Source: Methanobacteriota archaeon
Lineage (GTDB): Archaea; Thermoplasmatota; Poseidoniia; Poseidoniales; Thalassarchaeaceae
NCBI GenBank assembly: GCA_019654055.1
Contig: BPDA01000001.1
Span: 87,455 to 151,454, forward strand
Direction of reading: 5' to 3'
Length of the DNA stretch: 64,000 nt
Part shown: positions 8,494 to 17,648 of the stretch, piece after piece
Layout of the letters: each line of letters begins with the position of its first letter
Numbering within the stretch: the first letter of the stretch is position 1
Translations under genes and position numbers: made by a program
Notes under the pieces: model-generated
The model's database searches: none
The model's input: only the letters and a program-made list of their open reading frames with translations
What the model was told of the DNA's origin: nothing

Positions 8494-11400
8494 ATGCCAG
8501 CCAAGCGTAAGAGACTAGCAGGAACCATTGTGCTCCTGATGCTCCTAGCACCGATTGCCACAGCAGCCACCTCGAATTGGGCCGGACCATCTACGGTCAA
8601 TCCCCAATCAGACGAGGTGACACTGACTGGATTCAGAGTACCGGGCAACGCCACCGTCCTCGACGGATGGCTGCATGTCACCGACTCGCCTATGGCGACA
8701 TCTCTCGATACTGGCATAACCTGGGAGGCTGCCGACTTCTCGTCGGGGACATTCTTCGGCACCGAGTTGATTGATGACGAGATCATGACCTTGGAAGACG
8801 ACGGCACGAGGTCGAACATCAGCACCTTCGACGAGGGCGAGATTACAGTCAACCTCAACAGCGCCTACAAGTACTCGCCGGGCTGGCGCCACGTCTACGA
8901 CTACGGCTACTACAACACTGGACTCTCCGGGTGTGGGGGGGACAACGGAACCCTGCTGGAGAGGGGTTGGGACAACGACTTCGACCAAAACCTCGATTCA
9001 GACGAGGTCCTCTGGACTGAATCCTTCTGCGACACCGATGTCAACGGCACTACCTATGGCTACCTCTTCCAGTTCTTCTCGGAGTCCGCCGGGACCAACT
9101 GCGAGTACGGCGGCAATCTGATGAAGGCCGGGCTTAACACCAACGGCAACAACCAATTGGACTCCAATGAGGTCACCAATCAGACCTACTTCTGCCACCA
9201 GTACAAACTGTGGGGAGCTACCACCTTCGGCGGTCTGAATGGTACCATCTACGGGGGCGAGCAGACCCTCTCCCACGGCGTGGTCCCCGCCGCGGCATCA
9301 GAAGGGATAGTCGCTGTGGGGACGATGCCGGGTTCGCCCGTTCCAGCGGGTTCCGCAGGCTACTTCCTGATGCCCCAGTCCAACGTCCCAGATATAGAGG
9401 ACATAAACGGATACTACATGACCTTCGATCACTGGTATCACCTCGACAGCACCGCGGCCGGTGAGGGCGACGGTGCGTGGGTCGAGTACCGAATCAACAC
9501 CAACGGCTGGACCAGCTGGTCATACATCGCACCCGACGGAGGGTACCCGAGCACGATGTCTACCAGCGCACCCACTCCCTCAGGGGCCCCAAGCGGCGCC
9601 GTCCCGGTGTTCGCTTCACCCATTCACAGCGGCTGGGTATCCAGTAACATCTCGATGTCATCGATACCCGACATCGCCAACGCCAGCAAGATCCAGTTCC
9701 GGTTCCACATCTGGACCTCTCCCACCTCTACCAACGAGCGCCCCGGGTGGTTCTTGGACAACATCCACTACAACAACGACGGGAATCAGTACGGCGCTTG
9801 GCACGGCGGATGCTACACCCCAGGAGTCGCGTGCGTATACTCGGCCAACCAGTACGGGGCCCTCCAGCGCACCATCGACCTCACTGGCACCAACAGCTCG
9901 TACGAGATTGAGGTGGACATGGAGTGGGACCTCTCCGGTTCCTACTCAGACAACGCCTGCGTCGAATTGTCTTTGAACAACAACTCGTGGACCGATATCT
10001 CGTCAACCGGAACCAGTACCGTATACAACTGCGAAGACAGGGCGGGCGCGATTCCCGGAGTCAACGGCTACGACGGCGTCGGCGGAGACCAGAGCAATGG
10101 GATCAGGACAGTCTCCTTCGACATCCCGACCTCCTTCCAGAATCAGTCGAACGTGCACATCCGATTCATCGTCGACACTGACGCCTATACCCCCCACTAT
10201 GGGGGCAGCTCCCCCGGCGACGAGCAAGAGGGCCTGACAGTCTCCAGCATCCGGGTGGTCGATGGCTCTGAAAACACTGTCTTCGAGGACAACTTCGACA
10301 ATTCGATGAGCGCTTACCACTACGGCGCCGTTTGGCCCAACCCCTCGGGCAACACTCAGGCGGGGGTCGATGACTGGGCTTACTACACAATGGTCAGCGG
10401 TGCTCTGGACACGACCAAGGGCTTCGAGGACTCGACTGCGAGTAACCCAGCAACCAACATGCCATCCGGATGGACAAGGAACAACGCCAACTCCGGAAAC
10501 GGTCTGAAGTTCTCGTACGGGCAGATTTCAGGCAACGCCGGTCCTACAGATGAGCCTTCATTCCCATACCTAATGGCAATTAACTTGGGTGGGACCTATG
10601 ATGGTAACCTGAATGCGAATTTGTATTCCCCAACATACAGCTTGCCTGCCAACTCTTCAGCATCGTTTGTGATGGACCACTGGGCCTGCTTCGAGAACAA
10701 CTGGGACGGGGCCGGAATTTTCATCCAGGTCAACGGCGGATCATGGCAGTACTGGGACCCGGGCAATAACTTCTACGACACGCCCAGCATCGCATACACC
10801 TACACTCAGATACCCCAGGGCTCCAACTACTTCGGCTCGGTTCATTGCACTGGCTTAGGCTCATCATACACCGTTGCGACTACCGATTTCACGCAAAAGG
10901 AGGCGAGCCTCGCCTCCTATGCAGGAGATGACGTTCGCTTCAGGTTCCATGGCGGCTCCGATTCGATATGGAACTACGCTGGCTGGTATTTGGACAACGT
11001 GGGAATAAAAATAGCCAACTACGGCGACGACGGAGATTGGGTTAGCCCGGTCTTCAGCGCATCCGACATCCACAGTTTCAACAAGGGCTTCATCGACGTG
11101 GATGCCTCCATCTCATCGGACTGTTGGGTCAGCGCGACTCTGATTGACACCTACACGGGCGAGGCCGTGCCCGGCTACTCCAACGTCTCCTTCCCAATCT
11201 CTCTAGCAGGTATCGACACGACCACGACACCGCAGATGAAACTCCGCATCCATATGGGGACCAACAACGAGGAGGAAACCCCTCGCATCACCAAGGTCCA
11301 CATAGGTGGAAAGAGAGTGCTGAACGCGGGCGCCCTCGAGGGCAATGGCTGGGAATTCAGCCCGAGCGTTTCACTAATCGACGGGCTACTGAACGCAACT

Positions 11401-14400
11401 GGCGTGGCCGGAACCATATCGATGGACTACCTCCACTCCTCGAGGCCAATCAAGAGCGTAGGACTCTCGGGGAACTTCTCCAGCGGCCTCTCGATTAGTT
11501 TCACCGGGCCCAATGGAGGGGTCTTGGGCACCGCATCCCAAGGTGGCCTGACGTTCACCTACCCGCAGCCCGGCTTCGGGGCCTCCATATCACTGCCTAC
11601 CAATGGGTGGATAGAAAAAATCGTTCTCACCGCTAACTTCGCCGAGCCGGCCCTAAATCCCGCCATCGACATAATAGGTGACGGGACCCAAGAGTGGAGC
11701 TTCCCCTTCGGCGACGACTACGGCCACTACGGTTGGCAGTCACTGCTATCCGGGATGGGCAGTTCGATTACCACCACCACTCTGGACCTGGATGGTAGCA
11801 GCCCCGTTTCTCTGTCATTCCGGATTCCATCGGCCGGGGCCGTCAACGCCGGAATAATCTCGATAGCACCCGATTCCGACGGCTTCGAGTCTCCTGTCTC
11901 GGTCTCAGTGGGCACTGCCACCCAGACCGGGGGCACTGGAACGTCCCCGTTCCACAACGTGCTCGACAACGCTCAGATCCTTGCAATCAACTCCATCCCT
12001 CCACTGCACACCGACCCGGACACGGGAAGGCAATGGAGGGACGTCCCACTGAGTATAGACTCGAACAGCGCCCAGACAGTCACTCTGACCAGAATGGGAA
12101 TTGGGTACATGATATTCGAGAACGTCTCGGGAATAGCCGCCTCCGTATCGGCCTACCACGACTCGCAGACGCAGGACGACCCCCCTCCCGAGCAGGTTTC
12201 AATCCCAGTCAGCATCTCGGCCGAGATGGGCGCCGTTTCAATCGACGGCGACCTCGACTATGACTACATCCTGACGAATCGCGACTTCCAAGTCCCTAAC
12301 ACGATGTATCCTAACAGGCAGTTGGTGGAAATTTCCACCAAGCACCACCACCTGTACGATAACTCGGAGATTGAGAAGATTATCCTGCGAGGGACCGCCT
12401 CTGACGGCGTGGTTCTCGAGTTCGAGGTCACAAAGGACCCCCAGTCCGGCTGGGACCCTACAGGTTCCCACCTGTTCTCGCAAACCTCGGGCAGCAGTTA
12501 CGCTGCGCTCGACGAGTCAGCCAGTTACGTCAGCAACGAGCTGCATAACGACGGTTGGAACGATGTCGTGGCCCACTGGATGTTTGAGGTGTCATGGGGA
12601 TGGGACGACGTCGAGAGCATCCGCTGGGTTTCTCAGGCCTTCGACTCCACAGGAGAGACGGTCTGGCCGGCGGTGTCGTTCAGCGGCCAGTCTGGGGCCA
12701 AGGCCATTGAGAACGACCTACAGGTCGATTCCTTCGAGGTTAGGGACGGGGCAGGCAGGCTGCTGTCCAACCAGTACTCGCCGTTCTACCCGTTCCCGAT
12801 TATGCACGGCGTCGACATCAACATCACCGGAACCGTCCGCTTCCAGGACTCGACCGACACACGCCCGGATTCCGGCGACTATTCCGTCGGCCTGAACCTA
12901 TCGGGCAACCTGTTCGCACTGAGTTCCGAAGGCGAGGGAGACTACTCCGGCATAGTGTCGCCCCCGTCGTCGCTGTCGCAGTTGACGATGTCGCCGATGA
13001 TGCTGGTGGTTGGTCCGACGGGCTCCGCGAACGGTGCCATGGACGTGACTGGAGTCCCACCGGAGGTCGTGGTCAGGATCGATTCCAACCCTCCCGTCGC
13101 CGGACCTATTGAGATTAACACCAACATCGGCCTGCAGCCCGCCCATTCCAAGGTCTGGGACCCGGTCAACCCACTGACGGTGTTCGTCACCGTCGACGAG
13201 GGAGAGGCCCGTGGCGAAACGGTCGCACTGCGCTACTGGCGCGAGAGCTTGGACGACCTGAACATGGACGGCATCGCCGACGAGGACGAGTACCTGTCCT
13301 TGCAGATGCCGCTCTCCTCGGGTATGACTGGACAGCAGCAGGTGCAGTTCCCCGCACTCGACGTCTCCTCCGTGCCGTTCAACGGTATGGTCCACCTCTA
13401 CATCGAGGGAACGGACTGGGCCGGCTACTCATACCAAGACGGAGGCACCGGAGGTGGCCCGGGAGCCGAGAACTCGTGGGCCAGCCTTGTCGTGGCCACG
13501 GACGAACCGACTAACCTAGTATCGACTGGTTACGACTTGGACCGGGAGATTGGCTTCCTGCTGGCAGGAGAGCCTCATGCATTCACCCTCCAGGTCGACG
13601 AGCCCAACGGCATCCACACCCTCGACAACATCACTGTGATGCTGTGCGGCGACGGACCCTCCAATCTGGGGAAGTTCAGTTACGACCCGTCCAGAGGGAC
13701 GATGTGGACCGCTGACGACAGCATGGTCTCCCCACTCAGTGCCCAGTCTTCGGAGATTACCTCGGCCATCACGCAGATTAGCCTCGGCTTCGAGCTCTCG
13801 TGGGACTATCCGTGGGAGGATGGGCAGCTCGGCTGCAAGCCGAGTATCAGCATCGAGGACGATCTCAACACCGTCGCCTACCAGAACAACATAGGAGAAC
13901 TCACCTGGGAGTTGGACAACAAGTTCATGGCGGTCCCGGAGGCACTAGTGGACCTCACCCCGCCTTCCTTTGATCCGACAGACGACACCCTTTACCTGCG
14001 TCAAGGCGACGAGTTCCGGATGGACGGCTCGATATTCTACGCCGGCTCTCAGGTTCTCGCTTCCGAGATACCTGACGACCTCCAGGTGGAAATCGAGGTG
14101 ATTTACGGTACCCAGGAGGTCGACGTCATAGTCGACGTGGGCTCCGACGGGACTTTCTCCGGGTCCATGATACTGCCCGCAAGGGTCCCTCTGAACCCGA
14201 ACATGGCCGTTACCACAAACGTGCTCAACGTACCCGGCTCCGGTTCCTCCATGTCGAACAGCGACGCCTCGGTCATCGTCGACAGCAAGGCGCCTCAGGC
14301 CCTGTTCAATCTTGCCGACTACCCCGATTCTTCCCTGACGATCCTGGATTCGGACATGCTGGCCGACGTCACGGTCACGGTCACAATGGTCGACGAGATC

Positions 14401-15234
14401 GGCATGATGGACGGCCCGCTGCAGGTGTCATGGGTCTATGTCAGGTCCAACGGGCCCGTCGCTGGTACCGAAGCCACTGGCGAACTGGTCATGATAATCG
14501 ACGACGACACCAATGACGTGTACCAGTCCGAGCTCGATTTGAACCCACTCAATGACATGAGGGTGGAAGCAGGCGACTACCTGTGGTTCTGGATCACCTC
14601 TACCGACAAGTCCGGAAACGAGATAATCGGCTCGGGGAGCGAATCCGCCCCGAGGCAGGTGACTCTGAGGATCATGGAGTTCCTCGGGCAGTACACCCGC
14701 TCGGTGATTAAGCCCGGCCTGACTCCCACTCAAGGGGAGATTCTCACTATCGAGACGTTCTGGGAGAATCCCGGCAAGAGAGAGGGCGAGCTAACAGTGG
14801 GACTATACGAACTCATTGAAGGAGGGCAGTGGAGGGAATCCCTGTCCACGGCGAGCACCGGTCCACTGGTGGTAGACCTGCCAGCCGAGAGCTCAAGCGT
14901 ATATGCAGAGTTCAAATGGGAGTCGTGGCAGCCCGGTCAGCCCAACCTGTACCTAATTGTGAACGGTGACTTCGACAACCCATATCAGCCCATCACGGGG
15001 ATCAACGTGCAGCCGCCGGCCACCACCGATTCAGGCGGTGAGGACTCGCAGATGATGGTCCTCGGAGGAGTGTTGATTGTCGTAATCCTCGGAATAGCGA
15101 TGTTCATGCTACGTGGACGAGAAACTGACGACTACTATTACGAGGACGAGGACGAGGACTACTACGAGGACGAGTCGTGGGAGTACGAGGACGAGGAGCC
15201 AGAGGAAGAGGACGCTGACGAGGATACTGAGTGA
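8494..15234 (+). CDS. giant secreted, C-terminally membrane-anchored surface protein (2246 aa)
   Basis: Uninterrupted 6.7-kb ORF. Signal peptide MPAKRKRLAGTIVLLMLLAPIATAATS. Many N-x-S/T sequons. C-terminal TM helix MMVLGGVLIVVILGIAMFML followed by an acidic Tyr-rich tail DDYYYEDEDEDYYEDESWEYEDEEPEEEDADEDTE. Confidence 0.85.
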   Translation: MPAKRKRLAGTIVLLMLLAPIATAATSNWAGPSTVNPQSDEVTLTGFRVPGNATVLDGWLHVTDSPMATSLDTGITWEAADFSSGTFFGTELIDDEIMTLEDDGTRSNISTFDEGEITVNLNSAYKYSPGWRHVYDYGYYNTGLSGCGGDNGTLLERGWDNDFDQNLDSDEVLWTESFCDTDVNGTTYGYLFQFFSESAGTNCEYGGNLMKAGLNTNGNNQLDSNEVTNQTYFCHQYKLWGATTFGGLNGTIYGGEQTLSHGVVPAAASEGIVAVGTMPGSPVPAGSAGYFLMPQSNVPDIEDINGYYMTFDHWYHLDSTAAGEGDGAWVEYRINTNGWTSWSYIAPDGGYPSTMSTSAPTPSGAPSGAVPVFASPIHSGWVSSNISMSSIPDIANASKIQFRFHIWTSPTSTNERPGWFLDNIHYNNDGNQYGAWHGGCYTPGVACVYSANQYGALQRTIDLTGTNSSYEIEVDMEWDLSGSYSDNACVELSLNNNSWTDISSTGTSTVYNCEDRAGAIPGVNGYDGVGGDQSNGIRTVSFDIPTSFQNQSNVHIRFIVDTDAYTPHYGGSSPGDEQEGLTVSSIRVVDGSENTVFEDNFDNSMSAYHYGAVWPNPSGNTQAGVDDWAYYTMVSGALDTTKGFEDSTASNPATNMPSGWTRNNANSGNGLKFSYGQISGNAGPTDEPSFPYLMAINLGGTYDGNLNANLYSPTYSLPANSSASFVMDHWACFENNWDGAGIFIQVNGGSWQYWDPGNNFYDTPSIAYTYTQIPQGSNYFGSVHCTGLGSSYTVATTDFTQKEASLASYAGDDVRFRFHGGSDSIWNYAGWYLDNVGIKIANYGDDGDWVSPVFSASDIHSFNKGFIDVDASISSDCWVSATLIDTYTGEAVPGYSNVSFPISLAGIDTTTTPQMKLRIHMGTNNEEETPRITKVHIGGKRVLNAGALEGNGWEFSPSVSLIDGLLNATGVAGTISMDYLHSSRPIKSVGLSGNFSSGLSISFTGPNGGVLGTASQGGLTFTYPQPGFGASISLPTNGWIEKIVLTANFAEPALNPAIDIIGDGTQEWSFPFGDDYGHYGWQSLLSGMGSSITTTTLDLDGSSPVSLSFRIPSAGAVNAGIISIAPDSDGFESPVSVSVGTATQTGGTGTSPFHNVLDNAQILAINSIPPLHTDPDTGRQWRDVPLSIDSNSAQTVTLTRMGIGYMIFENVSGIAASVSAYHDSQTQDDPPPEQVSIPVSISAEMGAVSIDGDLDYDYILTNRDFQVPNTMYPNRQLVEISTKHHHLYDNSEIEKIILRGTASDGVVLEFEVTKDPQSGWDPTGSHLFSQTSGSSYAALDESASYVSNELHNDGWNDVVAHWMFEVSWGWDDVESIRWVSQAFDSTGETVWPAVSFSGQSGAKAIENDLQVDSFEVRDGAGRLLSNQYSPFYPFPIMHGVDINITGTVRFQDSTDTRPDSGDYSVGLNLSGNLFALSSEGEGDYSGIVSPPSSLSQLTMSPMMLVVGPTGSANGAMDVTGVPPEVVVRIDSNPPVAGPIEINTNIGLQPAHSKVWDPVNPLTVFVTVDEGEARGETVALRYWRESLDDLNMDGIADEDEYLSLQMPLSSGMTGQQQVQFPALDVSSVPFNGMVHLYIEGTDWAGYSYQDGGTGGGPGAENSWASLVVATDEPTNLVSTGYDLDREIGFLLAGEPHAFTLQVDEPNGIHTLDNITVMLCGDGPSNLGKFSYDPSRGTMWTADDSMVSPLSAQSSEITSAITQISLGFELSWDYPWEDGQLGCKPSISIEDDLNTVAYQNNIGELTWELDNKFMAVPEALVDLTPPSFDPTDDTLYLRQGDEFRMDGSIFYAGSQVLASEIPDDLQVEIEVIYGTQEVDVIVDVGSDGTFSGSMILPARVPLNPNMAVTTNVLNVPGSGSSMSNSDASVIVDSKAPQALFNLADYPDSSLTILDSDMLADVTVTVTMVDEIGMMDGPLQVSWVYVRSNGPVAGTEATGELVMIIDDDTNDVYQSELDLNPLNDMRVEAGDYLWFWITSTDKSGNEIIGSGSESAPRQVTLRIMEFLGQYTRSVIKPGLTPTQGEILTIETFWENPGKREGELTVGLYELIEGGQWRESLSTASTGPLVVDLPAESSSVYAEFKWESWQPGQPNLYLIVNGDFDNPYQPITGINVQPPATTDSGGEDSQMMVLGGVLIVVILGIAMFMLRGRETDDYYYEDEDEDYYEDESWEYEDEEPEEEDADEDTE

Positions 15235-15353
15235 CGGTCGGAGAGACAATCACCACCAACCGCACAGTCTGCCGTAATCCTACCTCCCTTGTTTATAGGC
15301 CATAGTATGGCGCTCGCCCCCCGGGGGAAGCAATTCCTCCGAGGGGATGCGCG

Positions 15354-15524
15354 ATGTCTATTGAGGGCGAGGCCGGGGCCTACGATGAGCTCAGGGAGGA
15401 GGTCGAGGAGCTCAGGGCGCTGGTCAACACCTTGCTGACGATAATCATGGAAGAGGCCGACGGGGTGCAGACCGGCGCCGCACCATCGATACCCGACCAG
15501 CCGAAGCGCGGATACTGCATGTAG
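15354..15524 (+). CDS. small hypothetical coiled-coil protein (56 aa)
   Basis: MSIEGEAGAYDELREEVEELRALVNTLLTIIMEEADGVQTGAAPSIPDQPKRGYCM. Below the ORF-track cutoff. Acidic codon usage resembles the neighbours. TTTATAGG lies about 55 nt upstream. Confidence 0.3.
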   Translation: MSIEGEAGAYDELREEVEELRALVNTLLTIIMEEADGVQTGAAPSIPDQPKRGYCM

Positions 15525-15576
15525 TCAGTAATGCACAGCCTCATGGTTCAAGACGAATGTGCATTTCGGGTCAGCC

Positions 15577-16074
15577 ATGAAGATGGAGTCGATACTCCTC
15601 GTGGGCGCTGGGGTGATGACAGCGGCATTCGTCGCAGTAGTCGTCTTCTCGCCGAACACCCTGACCGATGAGCCAGCTGACTGGGAGATAGTAGATGTCT
15701 GCCTGGCTGGTCACAATGATATCGTCGCGCACGACCACGCCACGCTTAGGATATTCATCGATGGCTCCGAGGTAGCGATTCCAGCCAACGTGGGGATAGA
15801 CGACTCATGGTGCGACGGCATGAGGGGCATACACACCCACGACGAGACCGGCAAACTCCACATCGAGACTCCGACAGCGATGAACGCCCCGGTCGGGGCA
15901 TTCTTCGAGATATGGGGCGAGACCTTCGACGAGAATCAGATACTCAACCGAGTGGCCGATGAGGACAGCGAGGTGGTGATGTACGTCAACGGTGAGTTGA
16001 GCGACAAGTACCAGAACCAGGTCATTCACGACAACGATATCATAGAGATCCACTACCGCGATAGGTCCGACTAG
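15577..16074 (+). CDS. membrane-anchored conserved hypothetical protein with His/Cys cluster
   Basis: N-terminal TM (ILLVGAGVMTAAFVAVVVF), then CLAGHNDIVAHDHATLRIFIDG...IPANVGID..WCDGMRGIHTHDETGKLHIE...FFEIWG. I recall this pattern from uncharacterised secreted proteins of archaea and actinobacteria. Confidence 0.5.
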   Translation: MKMESILLVGAGVMTAAFVAVVVFSPNTLTDEPADWEIVDVCLAGHNDIVAHDHATLRIFIDGSEVAIPANVGIDDSWCDGMRGIHTHDETGKLHIETPTAMNAPVGAFFEIWGETFDENQILNRVADEDSEVVMYVNGELSDKYQNQVIHDNDIIEIHYRDRSD

Positions 16075-17544
16075 CCCTTGATAACCGCAATGGGCCTCAA
16101 TCTTGCCACCGGCCTCGCCAGACCTGCATCGCCAGTCAGCCGGATGACCTCGTCGACGTCCTTGTAGGCCTCGGGGGCCTCCTCTGATAGGACGTTGGGA
16201 GTCTTGGCTCGAACGTGGATGCCGCGAGACTCCAGAGCCTCGACGAGGGCGCCAGAGTCCACGCTCTTCCTCGCAGCCGTCCTAGATAGTCTTCGTCCGG
16301 CCCCGTGGCATGACGACGAGAAGGCGTCGTTGCCCCCCGACTTGGGCCCAGCCAGGACCCAAGACGCAGTCCCCATGTCTCCTGGGACCAGCACTGGCTG
16401 CCCTACTCCGGAGAACGCGTCTGCCAGTTCGGGATGGTCCCCTCCGAGCGCCCTAGTGGCACCCTTCCGGTGAACGCAGCAGGTGCAGGAGGAACCGTGA
16501 ACGTGGTGCTGTTCTACCTTGGCGATGTTGTGGCTGACATCGTAGACCAAGTCCAACCCGCCGTCCCTGCCGTGCTGCTCGCGCAGCACCTCTCGAAGCC
16601 GCTGGGTCAGTGCTGAACGGTTGGCGAAGGCGTAGTTGCCGGCTGCCCGCATCGCATCGAGGTAGGCCGAGCCCTCGCGACTGTGGATCGGAGCGGCTGC
16701 CAGCTGGCGATCTGCGAGCGTAATCCCCCATTCCGCCGAGTGCCACGAATCCCCGTCCCTGCGGTATCTGCCCTCTATGGCAGCCACGTGCTCGGTGCAG
16801 ACTTGGTGCCCGAGCCCCCTAGACCCGGTATGAATCATGGCAGTCACCTGACCCTGCCTGAGGCCGAAGGCGGACGCAGCGTGCTCGTCGACCACGCGGT
16901 CGACCACCTGCAGCTCCAGAAAGTGGTTGCCCGAGCCGAGGGTCCCTAGGGCCGTCGAACCGCGCTTGAGCGCCCTCTCGCCCACGTCCCTATCAGAACT
17001 ATCCAGCCTCCCGTTGGACTCGATGGCAGCTAGGTCGCGGGATTCTCCGAGTCCGAGGTCGACCGCAGCCCCGGCCCCGTCGGAGAGGACAGGGATCGAT
17101 TTCGCTGGCGCTCAGGCCGACCCCTCCCTTACGACTCACCCCAGCGGGGACGGAGCGTGAGAGACTGGTCGCCAGCGCCTTGGAATCGATGTCATCTAGG
17201 GTCAGTTCTGTGGCGCACAGCCTAACTCCACAGTTGATGTCGAAACCGACGCCTCCGGGGGAAATCGCCCCTCCCTGCTCGCCGGCATCCACATCCGTCG
17301 CGACTACACCGCCAATGGGGAAGCCGTACCCGAAGTGCCAGTCAGCCATCGCCCAGGCATCCCCCACGATTCCCGGAAGGCATGCGGTGTTGACCAACTG
17401 GGACGGGGAACGGTCGTCGGAATGCTCCTCCATGTGTTGCTCATCGGCGACGAGGATGGCGTCGGCCAGCATCCTGCCATGCCTCGTGATGCGCATCCTA
17501 CCCGGGCCTGACGGCTCGAGGAATTCCCTCCACTCGGCCGCCAT
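16071..17544 (-). CDS. rtcB: RNA-splicing ligase RtcB, interrupted by a single frameshift near 17092-17094
   Basis: The N-terminal piece (ORF 16999-17637, true start MAAEWREFLEP at 17544) carries WHFGYGFPIGGV and GGVGFDINCG. The C-terminal piece (16071-16985) carries GTLGSGNHFLELQ and HTGSRGLGHQV. Removing one C of CCC restores ...LSASEIDPVLSDGAGAAVDLGLGE... Confidence 0.85.
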
Positions 17545-17648
17545 GGTCAAGCCTGCTGCGCCCTCGCTTTCAACGCAGCGGGCGCCTCTCGCACAATCGC
17601 CTTCAAGACCGCTCGTCCGGTGCAACGAGCACGGCAAGGTGCGGCTGC

